Virus record (IMG/VR): IMGVR_UViG_3300031519_006214
Location: 1-35,227 of that record
Direction: 5' to 3' (one strand)
DNA length: 35,227 nt
Origin: a virus
Taxonomy: Duplodnaviria; Caudoviricetes
In this document: positions 26,054-35,227 of the stretch, one piece after another
Layout of the letters: each line of letters opens with the position of its first letter
How positions within the stretch are numbered: position 1 is the stretch's first letter
Notes under the pieces: model-generated
What the model was told of the DNA's origin: nothing
Seen by the model: the letters and a program-made list of their open reading frames with translations, nothing else
The model's database searches: none
Position numbers and translations under genes: made by a program

Positions 26054-29000
26054 TTATTCAAACTGTGTATTTACGCCCAGAATCATATACTGCTGTGCTA
26101 GTAGTGATCCTGTAAAACCTCCGGACATGTTAACCAATGGTGTTATTTGAATTGGTAGTCCTGAAGTTGTAGTAAGTGTCGAGCCTGTTATTTGTATTTG
26201 TCCTGCTATTAGTGTATTAGTTGCTGCATTTGCTCCGCCGCCACTAATTCTACTTTCAATATAGGACTTAATTGCGGCTTGTGTAGGAACAATATTATTA
26301 GAATTTGCAATAAATGTTGGTTCTTTACTGAACTCTCTAATAACAACTGCGCTACCACCGACTTGAATTCCGCCTAAACTAATTTCTTCTAGGCCAGATA
26401 GATTAAATTGACTTGCACTAATTGTAACTACTCCACGTGCTTGTTCAACTTGGAATAGTTCACCAACTCTAAAGTTACCATCTTGGTCAGTACTTGTATA
26501 AAATACTCGACCGCCGCCGCTAGCAACAGTTTCATTAAACGGTTGCCTTTCATTATCAGCATCTTCGCCTTCTAGATATAGTTGAGGATATTTAGTACTT
26601 GTAGTGTTACCTGTACCAATGTCTAAGAAGTCGTGTCCTGTTAATCTTATTTGACTATATTGTTCACGTATAATGAACGTTGTATTGTGTATCGGAGATT
26701 CTGCATTATCTAGTGACGGTGTAATTGTTAGTTTTGCACTATAAGTACCGCTTGCTAATACTGCATCTTCTATTTTAGATACACTATATCTTTTATCAGA
26801 AATGCCGTTGATATTTAAGTTAGCGCCTACAGTAGGAAGATCTGAAGCATTGGCTATTTTAAGTATTTTACCAATTTGATAAATTTCTGCAAATCCGTTG
26901 CCTGTTACAGCAGCAGTTGCAGAAACATATCCTTCACCTCTGTTAGACATTTCCGGTTGTGCTAATACACCGTTATGTAAGAATGTTGTAAACACTGCTT
27001 CAGCAGTATTTTCAGGATCTTGAATTATAATACTCGGCGCTGAAGAGTAGTTACTTCCTGGATCGTAAATTAATAGACTAGATATTCTGGTGTTTGAAAC
27101 TTTAGCTCTAATTACAGGACTAGTTCCAGTTGATATAGTGTTCCAATTATTACTGCCTGAATTTAAAAGTATCCAACTATTATTATAGTATACACTACCA
27201 GTCCATGTTCCTGTACCAGTTGTTGTAAACGCAGTACTTCCGTCATCTACGGTCCTCCATACATCAGTTCCGGTAGACAATGCTACACTAGTAGTGCCGC
27301 CTGTTGCAATAAATGTCCCAGAGCCGTAGCTAACTCTATTTAAAGTTTGATCAGTTTCGATAGTTGTTTCAAACCACGCTATTCCATCAAAACTTCTTGC
27401 AACAAGATTACCACTAGCAGATATTGCTACAAAACGCCCGTTGCCATAAATTACTTCGCTCCAGGCTGTTGCACTAACTGCTGATGCAGTTGTTGTCCAA
27501 GTTGCGCCGTCATCTGTTGAATAAGCAACATTTCCGTTATCATTAATAATAATAAATTTACCGTTACCGTATGCTGGCAATCCTGCAATTGCAGTAGCTG
27601 ATGAATAGCTAGATCCGTGATCTGACGAATAACTTACGTTACCGTTTGCAAGTGCTAAAATAACGTTCCCTTCGCCGTCTGATGCAACACCTGTATAATT
27701 AGCCGGTGCGCCTGCGCCTTCAGTCCATCCTGTAGGACTACCTGATTGTGAAGTATATCGATAAGTTGAATTTGTTGTAATAATAAATTCTTGACCGGTC
27801 CATACTGCTCCGGTACTAGTTGTTGCTACTCTTAACGGACTTCCGGAATTAGTCCACGTTGTGCCAGCATTTGTGCTGTATGCATGTGTTTCGCCTAGAT
27901 CAGACGGAACAACAAGAATCTTTTGATCATTATCAGAAACAATATGTTTATATGTATTACCTGTTACTGAACCTGCAGTGTATGTAGATGCCGTATATGT
28001 AGGCTCTTCAGCTGTTACTTTAGGTTCAATAGAATATCTAGTAGTTTCGTCAAGTGTTGTTTCAATTGGCCAACCTGGGTTAAAGTGATCCCAACCTAAA
28101 CTTCCGTCACTTTCCCTTGATGGAATTACCGTTTTACTTACAGAATCAAATCCTGCGATTTCAGCGTATTGGCCTACGCCTTTACCACTTTGAATAACTA
28201 TTCGCATTCCTACATATTTTGATGCTGTTCCAATATCTGCTGCGGCAATGGTAATAAACTCATTACTGCCGCCTTGGCTTGTATTAGATACAAACTGATA
28301 TCCGCTGCCGCCTGGTAATGTAGAATCTCCAGGATCGACTAATCTAATATTAGAAATTGCGCCTTGTCTAAATTCTTTATAGGTGCCAGCGGCGTTTTGG
28401 CCGGAGCCAGAGAATGTAATATCTGCAGATGTATAATCTTGTCCTGCATGAGTATATCCTACAGCTAATACTTGTAAATCAGTTGTGCCGAATGTAATAA
28501 CTTCGTTTATTAATGCTTCGTTATCTCTGTTGTTAATAATGCCGTTTATTGGTGTTTCGGTTGCATCAAATCCTTCAGCAACTGATCCGTATGTACCGTA
28601 CGAGTTATTACCATTTGTTGCACGTAATATTCCACCATCCTCTGCTAAGTATCCAATGTGGCAGAAATACGTAAACACAGATACAAGTTCTGAACGGCCA
28701 CCATTTGTTGCCCAGTATCCAATACCGTCACTTATAACTTGTGTAAAGTCGTTTGCAACAATTGATTTGTTACCGCCACCGTGTAAACTTCCGTCAATTT
28801 TCATGCCAATACAGCCTGTGCCGAACGTAGTTACATTTTGTACATACGTCGATTTGCTGGTAATCCAAACACTTTGGTCACTTGTGCCTGTGCCTGGATC
28901 TAATGCTACGTATGCACCTCCTGTCGGACGTTTTGTTAGATACTGATTAGATTCGCCTAGTACACCGGTCATTCCTTGCAGTGTCATATTTCGTATGCCG

Positions 29001-31165
29001 CTGCCGTTTCTTACTCTAAACATATCGCTCGAAGTGGCGCCGATTGGCTGAATAACAGTACTTCTCAGCTCGTCTCCTACTAGTGCAGTGTCTTTTGGGA
29101 CTCTAATAGGTAACGGTTCGCTATAAATTCCTGTTTTGATAAACACAGTAGCAGGAGTTAAATTAGCTTCGTCTGCTAAAATATATGCACATGCATATGC
29201 AACAGATGCAAATGGAGAACTTAACGAAGTACCTGATGTAGGTAAATCTGTACCGTCTGTCGAAACATAATATACCTTAGGTACAACATTGTAATCGCTC
29301 CACGAAACTTGTGTGCCATTAGATTTTAGTACTTTACCTGCTGTATCAATTGCTAGTCTAGCAGTATCTGTCCCATCTGTAATCTTAACATCACCTAGAT
29401 TAGACAATATGTTTGTAGGAGTTCCTTGCGCTAGTACAACCCAGTAATCTGCTGCGTCAAGTTCGGCATCTAAATCAGGACGACTATCACTAGATGATCC
29501 AATATGTCTTTCTATACATACATACGCAGTACTTCTGTAAGTAACAATATCACCTAACGAATAACTGTTGCCATCATTCCACTCAGCCCGCCATTGGTCT
29601 CCAGGAACTAGCAATTGCCATTTTGTTATGTTCGAATCTGGATTTACATTTTCATTATCGTCTATTGCAATATATAAATAACCGCTTGCACGAACAACTT
29701 CGCCTGTTTTATATTCAGTTTCGGCACTCCAATCGCCCTGGTGAGAATAGCTTCTAGTTAATAATTCCCAAGCGCCAGCATCTTGTATCTCTCCATTGAG
29801 ACTCGGTAAAGTTCCAGTATTGTTTGATAATGCAATGTACGTGTAGCCTCCGTATAGAACAATGTCGCCAGTACGGTATTCTGTATTTGTATTCCAATCA
29901 TTTTCAAATCCTAGACCTAGAACATAAAAATCCCAATTACTTTCGTCAAGTCTTAAAGAAGTTGTTGATGTATGCCCAGCTGTGGCTTTCCATAAAGAGT
30001 GACTACTTTTTACAATGTCGCCAATTTTATATCTTACTGTTGTCCCCCATTCGCCTTTATAATCAACACCGTCGGCAGCAAGTTCCCAGTTCGCTTGATT
30101 AGCTTCTAATCCGCCTGTAAGACTATCAGAGCTTGTATGCCCGTCAGTAGCTCTATAAATTCGGCCGCCGTACTTTACTAAATCGTCTGCAATATATCTA
30201 GTTTCCGTTGCCCAGTCTGTTAGCCATTTATCTGATCGTGTAAGAATAGTCCATTTTAACTGATCAACTTCTAGACCACTGTCTGCTGAGGCATTAGACT
30301 GATGCGAAGTATTAGCTATATAAACAATGCCGTTGTATCTTACTACATCTCCGACATGATAATATGCTTCAGTTGTCCATGTATTTCTCCAGTTATAACC
30401 TTTTGAGAATATATTCCAGTTATCTATTTCGTCTGCAATATTTAGAGATTCTTCTGAAGTAGAAGTATGTTCAACAATACACTTATATATGTAGCCATTA
30501 TATTTTACAATATCGTTAATATTATATCTAATTGTCCGAGCCCAATCAGCTTTCCACTCGAATCCATCAAACATTTGTTCCCAATTAGAATTATAATGTA
30601 TTGATAATTTATTTCCCATGTTATCATTATTAGGACTAAAGTAATATAATTCTTTAATTACAACAGTTGGTACTTCTACTTGAACTTTTCTAAAGTTACT
30701 AGCAGCAAATCCGCTTATATATTGCTCTTGGGTAACTGATACATTATCAAGATAATATGTTACACCGTTGTTATAAACAGTGCCGCCTGCTTTAGTACCG
30801 TTCTCAAAAGTGCTAAACAGCAACGGATGAATTTCAGTATTAAAACTCTTATTAGATATATCATCTTGAACAAATATATATGTTTTGCCTTTTAGCAAAT
30901 TTAATTTAGGCTGTTCATCTGTACCGAAGTAGAATACGCCATGCGGTTGGCTATACAAGTTATCAGATGCAACAGTAACTACTATAGTTTGCGAAGTGTT
31001 GTTTGATAGCAAGTCATTATAAAAATTAATTTGAGACATGTGTTCTTGTAGGCAAACATATGTCTTGCCCGAGTAAGATATTACATCATCTTTTTTATAA
31101 GCAGTTGCGTTATTCCAACTACCTTTCCAGTTAAATTTTAACCTGTCAATTCTAAATTCTGCCAT
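26054..31165 (-). CDS. Large virion/tail protein (1703 aa), paralogue of 21217-26019, with cupredoxin-like and Asp-box propeller inserts
   Basis: Colinear with the 1600 aa protein (MAEF start, 8 repeats, VGDELRST, SIVANDFTQ, RLTGHDFLDIGTG, TSTDQDGNFRVG). Has an extra S.D.G.[TS]W repeat region at ~27125-27990. Confidence 0.78.
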   Translation of the reverse strand: MAEFRIDRLKFNWKGSWNNATAYKKDDVISYSGKTYVCLQEHMSQINFYNDLLSNNTSQTIVVTVASDNLYSQPHGVFYFGTDEQPKLNLLKGKTYIFVQDDISNKSFNTEIHPLLFSTFENGTKAGGTVYNNGVTYYLDNVSVTQEQYISGFAASNFRKVQVEVPTVVIKELYYFSPNNDNMGNKLSIHYNSNWEQMFDGFEWKADWARTIRYNINDIVKYNGYIYKCIVEHTSTSEESLNIADEIDNWNIFSKGYNWRNTWTTEAYYHVGDVVRYNGIVYIANTSHQSNASADSGLEVDQLKWTILTRSDKWLTDWATETRYIADDLVKYGGRIYRATDGHTSSDSLTGGLEANQANWELAADGVDYKGEWGTTVRYKIGDIVKSSHSLWKATAGHTSTTSLRLDESNWDFYVLGLGFENDWNTNTEYRTGDIVLYGGYTYIALSNNTGTLPSLNGEIQDAGAWELLTRSYSHQGDWSAETEYKTGEVVRASGYLYIAIDDNENVNPDSNITKWQLLVPGDQWRAEWNDGNSYSLGDIVTYRSTAYVCIERHIGSSSDSRPDLDAELDAADYWVVLAQGTPTNILSNLGDVKITDGTDTARLAIDTAGKVLKSNGTQVSWSDYNVVPKVYYVSTDGTDLPTSGTSLSSPFASVAYACAYILADEANLTPATVFIKTGIYSEPLPIRVPKDTALVGDELRSTVIQPIGATSSDMFRVRNGSGIRNMTLQGMTGVLGESNQYLTKRPTGGAYVALDPGTGTSDQSVWITSKSTYVQNVTTFGTGCIGMKIDGSLHGGGNKSIVANDFTQVISDGIGYWATNGGRSELVSVFTYFCHIGYLAEDGGILRATNGNNSYGTYGSVAEGFDATETPINGIINNRDNEALINEVITFGTTDLQVLAVGYTHAGQDYTSADITFSGSGQNAAGTYKEFRQGAISNIRLVDPGDSTLPGGSGYQFVSNTSQGGSNEFITIAAADIGTASKYVGMRIVIQSGKGVGQYAEIAGFDSVSKTVIPSRESDGSLGWDHFNPGWPIETTLDETTRYSIEPKVTAEEPTYTASTYTAGSVTGNTYKHIVSDNDQKILVVPSDLGETHAYSTNAGTTWTNSGSPLRVATTSTGAVWTGQEFIITTNSTYRYTSQSGSPTGWTEGAGAPANYTGVASDGEGNVILALANGNVSYSSDHGSSYSSATAIAGLPAYGNGKFIIINDNGNVAYSTDDGATWTTTASAVSATAWSEVIYGNGRFVAISASGNLVARSFDGIAWFETTIETDQTLNRVSYGSGTFIATGGTTSVALSTGTDVWRTVDDGSTAFTTTGTGTWTGSVYYNNSWILLNSGSNNWNTISTGTSPVIRAKVSNTRISSLLIYDPGSNYSSAPSIIIQDPENTAEAVFTTFLHNGVLAQPEMSNRGEGYVSATAAVTGNGFAEIYQIGKILKIANASDLPTVGANLNINGISDKRYSVSKIEDAVLASGTYSAKLTITPSLDNAESPIHNTTFIIREQYSQIRLTGHDFLDIGTGNTTSTKYPQLYLEGEDADNERQPFNETVASGGGRVFYTSTDQDGNFRVGELFQVEQARGVVTISASQFNLSGLEEISLGGIQVGGSAVVIREFSKEPTFIANSNNIVPTQAAIKSYIESRISGGGANAATNTLIAGQIQITGSTLTTTSGLPIQITPLVNMSGGFTGSLLAQQYMILGVNTQFE
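29423..31129 (-). repeat. Eight carbohydrate-binding-like repeats (first one split by an inserted domain)
   Basis: Counted in the translation. Confidence 0.78.
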
Positions 31166-31182
31166 TTTTTTAAGTCCTTAGA

Positions 31183-31578
31183 TTATAATATGTCATTAAC
31201 AGACTCGACTAGTCCGTCTGATGACGAGTTATCATCGTATGTATAATTTTGATTTATTCTTGCTACTAGTTCGCCTTCGGCGTTAACATAATAAGAAATA
31301 TTTCTTGCATCCCACCGAAATTGCTCATAATTTAAATTTTCATAAACTATTTCGTGTGCAGTATTTCTTCCTTCATAAAAATCTTGCCCGTCTGTAAAGT
31401 CTGGGTAATTGCCTGACGGTTCGCCAGATTTATTTATTGTAATTGAGTCTGTAGTTTTTAACTGATCTGCTTTACCGATAAATAATTCGCCTTTATCAGT
31501 TCTACGTAAACCGTAAAAGAATCTATCTTGTACTGCTCCGTTAATGTGATCTGGTGTAAATCCTGTGTAACTTGACAT
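31183..31578 (-). CDS. Hypothetical protein, probably virion-associated
   Basis: Tightly packed in the structural operon with an AAGGA SD. FFYGLRRT...YEQFRWD...YYVN.EGELVARIN. Confidence 0.55.
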   Translation of the reverse strand: MSSYTGFTPDHINGAVQDRFFYGLRRTDKGELFIGKADQLKTTDSITINKSGEPSGNYPDFTDGQDFYEGRNTAHEIVYENLNYEQFRWDARNISYYVNAEGELVARINQNYTYDDNSSSDGLVESVNDIL

Positions 31579-31591
31579 ATTTTTTTATTCC

Positions 31592-31921
31592 TTATACAAT
31601 ATCTACGTAACTTATAATTACATCTAACGCTTCGACTTGATCAGCTACAAAATATAATTCGTTAGACGGCGCAAGTATTAATTTTTCGCCTGCTGCTAAT
31701 GCTTTTAAACTACTATTTGGAGGCACCATTACATCTTTCATAAAGTAACCTTCAACACTAGTGTCGTCGTGTAATAGTATACTGGCATATACTATAAAAT
31801 CTGTTAAATTAGCTAAATTAACTCCAATTATAGTTGACTTAGTAGATGCGTCCGTTTCTAATGCAAGAATAGGAACAGGTCCTACTTCTTTTATTACTTT
31901 ATTTTTAAATTGTGTTGCCAT
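31592..31921 (-). CDS. Small virion protein
   Basis: MATQFK...STIIGVNLAN...YFMKDVMVPPNSSL....GEKLIL...LDVIISYVDI. Confidence 0.6.
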   Translation of the reverse strand: MATQFKNKVIKEVGPVPILALETDASTKSTIIGVNLANLTDFIVYASILLHDDTSVEGYFMKDVMVPPNSSLKALAAGEKLILAPSNELYFVADQVEALDVIISYVDIV

Positions 31922-31925
31922 CTTT

Positions 31926-34900
31926 TTATCCTAGTGTTATAACGTATTCAATTGCTAAATCTTCTGCTGCTGCAAAACTAATAGAACCTGTTGCGCCTGC
32001 AACAGATACCCAACTAAATCCGTCCCAAATTTCCATATACCGTTGTTCTGTATTATATCGTGTCATTCCAGTTTCACGATATGCTTGTGCCGGGCGCTGA
32101 TTGTTTGTTCCAACAGGTACGATAAATCCGTTTGTTCCTTCGATCTTAAAGTAGCCGCTGCCTTGTTGTTGAAAGTTTAATACTCCGTCTACTTCTCTGT
32201 TTGTAATAGTCGAGTCTTTAAATGCTAAATTATCTATAACAACTTCGCCTGTGCCGTTTGCACTCAACGTTAAGTCAGTATTAATTGTTTCAGTTGTTAT
32301 AACATTTCCATCAATACTTATGTCATCGACTTCAATTCTTGGAGTAGATAACTTATCTACATCAATTGTTGTAACTACATTGTCTTGAATGTAGAATCTA
32401 ATTACTCCATCGTTTGCACCAGGAGTAAGTTCTGCTGTAATACGTGTGTCTAAATCTAAATCGTAAACACCGTTAAGTGCCATCCAGTTGCCGTCATAGC
32501 CTTCATACAATGCTGTATCGGTATTATAACGAATCATACCTGTTGCTGGAGTAGGACGACTTGCAGTACTTCCTTTTGGAAGTTGTAGCGCACTTGACGA
32601 ATTAATTCTAACTGTGCCGCTATCTGCATCTAAATTAATGTCGCCGCTTAAACTTTCAATAGTGTTGCCGCTTAGACGTAAATTACCAGTGTCAATTTTT
32701 TCACCAGTAATAGTTGTTTGACTACTGCCTGTAGTAATTGTAATACCAGCAGATGTATTAATATTAAATGTTGAACTACTAAAGTCTACAGTTCCGTCTG
32801 CTTGGTTAACATAAAATAAGTCGCCAACTCTAAAGTCACCTTTGTGATCTACACTGCTATATCTTATTTGCGCATTGTTTGTTTCAACAATTTCGTTTGC
32901 TTGTATTACACTAGTTTCGTCGTTGTCAATCTCTTTGCCTACACCAATGTACGCTAAGTTTTGACTAATCAAGTACATTAGTACACCCGGGCCGTCTCCT
33001 ACAATACCGTAGTTGCCGTATACACAAGCACTTGCAATTGCACGTACTTCTGCACCAAATTCTGTTTGATCTGCTAGTGTTACAAACGAAGCTGTTGCGC
33101 CATTACTAAAACGTAAATCTTGTGAGTTAGTAGTGTCGTCTGTAAATGTATTTGCACCGTCTACTGCATTGTTAAAATGTAATAATAATTTAGTATCACT
33201 ATCACTTGCAAATTCTGATAAAGGAGCAGTAAAGTTAATTGTATATCGAGATAATCCTTTAGTAACTCTAAATTCGTCAATGTAGCCATTTGTGAAGTCT
33301 GCACCGTTCCAGGTAGCTCCTATTACTAAAGGTTTAGCAATATCGTAATCTGTTGAGTCTACCCAAGGCGTTCCTTGACTTGCTCCATTAACATATAATT
33401 TTGTAGTGCCTGCACTGCGACTAACTGCAATGTGATACCATGTGTTAACTAATAATGTAGGTCCAGTAATTCTATTTGCATTAAAAGAATAAAAGTTAAG
33501 TTGTGCGCTTGAGTTAACATAAAGTACCGGAGCAACGTCTGTGCCTGCACCTGCTCTAAAATCAAATAAGTTGTTAGTTACAGAAACATCTGTAAGATAG
33601 AACCAACCTTCAACAGTATAATCGCCTGTGCCAAACCCAAAGTCGTTGTTGCCTGCTACACCTAGATAATCAGTAGTGCCGTTAAGTTCTAAACTACTTG
33701 TGCCAAACTTCTTAACAGTTGTATCAGTTGTAGGTGTTCCGTACTTGGTTATAATTTTGCCACCGCGTTCGCCGGCAGTTTCTAATCCTGTTAGATTTCC
33801 GTCTACATAAAACTTACCATCTGCATCAACGCCATTAATAGTGCCTGTTGCAAGAACAGTAGTTCCGTCTGTGTCGTAATAACTAAATGTGTTTGTGTCT
33901 GCAATAGTGCCAGTTAACCCTGTAACTCTAACTGCTGTCTTACCTGTGCCGCGTAAACCTGTTGCTCCGTCTACACCATATATGCCACGATTAGCAAAGT
34001 ATGTAAATGAGTTTAGCCATTCTACTCTAGCTCCGTTAGTTATTGTAATAGCGTCTACGCCAGGTGTAATAAACGTGGCACTATGGAACAGCATTGTTGC
34101 TTCCAAGCTTGTAGCGCCCGCTACAGACCCGTCTATGTACGCTCCTTTACCAGCATCGCCCTGCGCAAAACCTCTAGGATCTGCTGCGCTTGTTACACTA
34201 CCCATTGTAATTACGCTAAGGTTTCTCATGTAAGGTGAACGGTTATTTCCTGATACTACAAAGCCTGGTGCAAACTTAAATGCGTAGCCTGTGTAGAATC
34301 CTGAAATAGTTAAGTCTTCAATTGTTGCTCCTGCATTAACTAAAAATGCATCATTACTGTTTGTTCCGGCAGTTGGAGTAATGTTAACTCCACGCATAGT
34401 GTGACCTTTTACAGTTACGCCTGCAGGAACAGTCATTGGGAATATCTCTTGGTATACTCCTGGATAAATGTGAATTGTGTCGCCACTAGTTGCTTGTGTT
34501 AGTGCAAACTTTAATGAACCATATGGATCGTTAGGGTGATCACCTGTATAACTATCACTGCCGTTTTCTGCAACATAAAATATATTGCCTTGACGTAGAG
34601 CAATATCTACACCGTCAACTGTAATTGAATCTGTAGTAACTGTGTTTGCAAAAAAGTTCTGTGTTCTAACATCTGACCAGTACTTAGTAGTACTGCCTAA
34701 ACTGTATGTATTAGTAACGTCTGGTATAATGTCTGAATTAATTTCTGCGTTAAATATAACGTTGTCAGTGTCAGCATCGCCAATAGTAATATTACCATCT
34801 GCTGTAATATTACCTGTTGCTGTAATATTACCTGTTACATTTGTATCTGCAAATATTTCTACAGTGCCAGTGCCGTTAGGATTAAATTCAATGTTTGCAT

Positions 34901-35227
34901 TAGTTTCATTTGAACTAATGACATTGTTTTCTAAATCTAAACTGTCAATTGTTAATTTGTTTTGGTATATAACATTATCAGCAGCGCCTAAACTAAGCGT
35001 AGGTTGCGTTGTTGAAATTGTTGTTCCGGTAATATTTACACTACCAATATTAGCAAGTGTGCTAACTTCTAGTGCTGGTGCCCGTGTTGTGCCAATTACA
35101 TCTAAGTCGTATTGGGGCGAGGCATTGTTAATGCCGATGCGATTATTATTTACATCTAAGTATAGTAAATCGTTCTCAAAGGCTAAATTCACTCCTTCAC
35201 GAAGTAAGTTTGCTTTTAAGAGCGGAC
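31926..35227 (-). CDS. Large tail/virion protein with pectin-lyase-like entry domain and LamG/ConA-like domain; start lies beyond the window
   Basis: The frame stays open to the edge (..PLLKANLLREGVNLAFE). IFYVAENGSD..GDTIHIYPGVYQE; LamG-like region at ~33170-33720 (FGTGDYTVEGW, WYHIAVSR, GYIDEFRVTKG); two P.G....RP....GM.RYNT....E..DG..W motifs. Confidence 0.78.
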   Translation of the reverse strand, partial: PLLKANLLREGVNLAFENDLLYLDVNNNRIGINNASPQYDLDVIGTTRAPALEVSTLANIGSVNITGTTISTTQPTLSLGAADNVIYQNKLTIDSLDLENNVISSNETNANIEFNPNGTGTVEIFADTNVTGNITATGNITADGNITIGDADTDNVIFNAEINSDIIPDVTNTYSLGSTTKYWSDVRTQNFFANTVTTDSITVDGVDIALRQGNIFYVAENGSDSYTGDHPNDPYGSLKFALTQATSGDTIHIYPGVYQEIFPMTVPAGVTVKGHTMRGVNITPTAGTNSNDAFLVNAGATIEDLTISGFYTGYAFKFAPGFVVSGNNRSPYMRNLSVITMGSVTSAADPRGFAQGDAGKGAYIDGSVAGATSLEATMLFHSATFITPGVDAITITNGARVEWLNSFTYFANRGIYGVDGATGLRGTGKTAVRVTGLTGTIADTNTFSYYDTDGTTVLATGTINGVDADGKFYVDGNLTGLETAGERGGKIITKYGTPTTDTTVKKFGTSSLELNGTTDYLGVAGNNDFGFGTGDYTVEGWFYLTDVSVTNNLFDFRAGAGTDVAPVLYVNSSAQLNFYSFNANRITGPTLLVNTWYHIAVSRSAGTTKLYVNGASQGTPWVDSTDYDIAKPLVIGATWNGADFTNGYIDEFRVTKGLSRYTINFTAPLSEFASDSDTKLLLHFNNAVDGANTFTDDTTNSQDLRFSNGATASFVTLADQTEFGAEVRAIASACVYGNYGIVGDGPGVLMYLISQNLAYIGVGKEIDNDETSVIQANEIVETNNAQIRYSSVDHKGDFRVGDLFYVNQADGTVDFSSSTFNINTSAGITITTGSSQTTITGEKIDTGNLRLSGNTIESLSGDINLDADSGTVRINSSSALQLPKGSTASRPTPATGMIRYNTDTALYEGYDGNWMALNGVYDLDLDTRITAELTPGANDGVIRFYIQDNVVTTIDVDKLSTPRIEVDDISIDGNVITTETINTDLTLSANGTGEVVIDNLAFKDSTITNREVDGVLNFQQQGSGYFKIEGTNGFIVPVGTNNQRPAQAYRETGMTRYNTEQRYMEIWDGFSWVSVAGATGSISFAAAEDLAIEYVITLG

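Noticed and set aside
2665-34233. Many antisense and alternate-frame ORFs in the track (e.g. 13650-14339, 8578-9045, 28485-28946)
   Set aside because: They shadow long, motif-rich genes with biased codon use and show no recognisable motifs of their own.
1-35227. tRNA, rRNA, CRISPR array, intron or intein
   Set aside because: Intergenic gaps are all under ~80 nt with no cloverleaf or repeat-spacer pattern, and no splicing or homing-endonuclease motifs were seen by eye.

Overview
A 35 kb piece of a large, AT-leaning tailed phage genome, probably T4-like or jumbo and aquatic. The host cannot be identified from this window. The + strand (1-2358) carries the end of an ADP-heptose biosynthesis cluster: fused HldE, HldD, a cupin and GmhB. 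It meets head-on a ~33 kb - strand late/virion operon punctuated by T4-type late promoter motifs (TAAATA). That operon holds four very large modular virion proteins, small adaptor proteins, three tandem Cys-rich glycine-rich paralogues, a tail-fibre-chaperone-like gene, a GT9-like glycosyltransferase, a NodU/CmcH carbamoyltransferase and three glycine-rich adhesin-like proteins. Main leads: (1) a candidate virion-protein decoration system (phage-made heptose, a GT9 with Arg at the catalytic-Asp position, a carbamoyltransferase and Cys-studded fibre proteins, possibly S-heptosylation); (2) phycobiliprotein-like helical modules with the bilin-site C-x-R-D motif inserted in virion proteins; (3) an RBS-occluding hairpin with a nested late promoter in front of the modifying enzymes. 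All family calls rest on motif recognition by eye; no searches were run.
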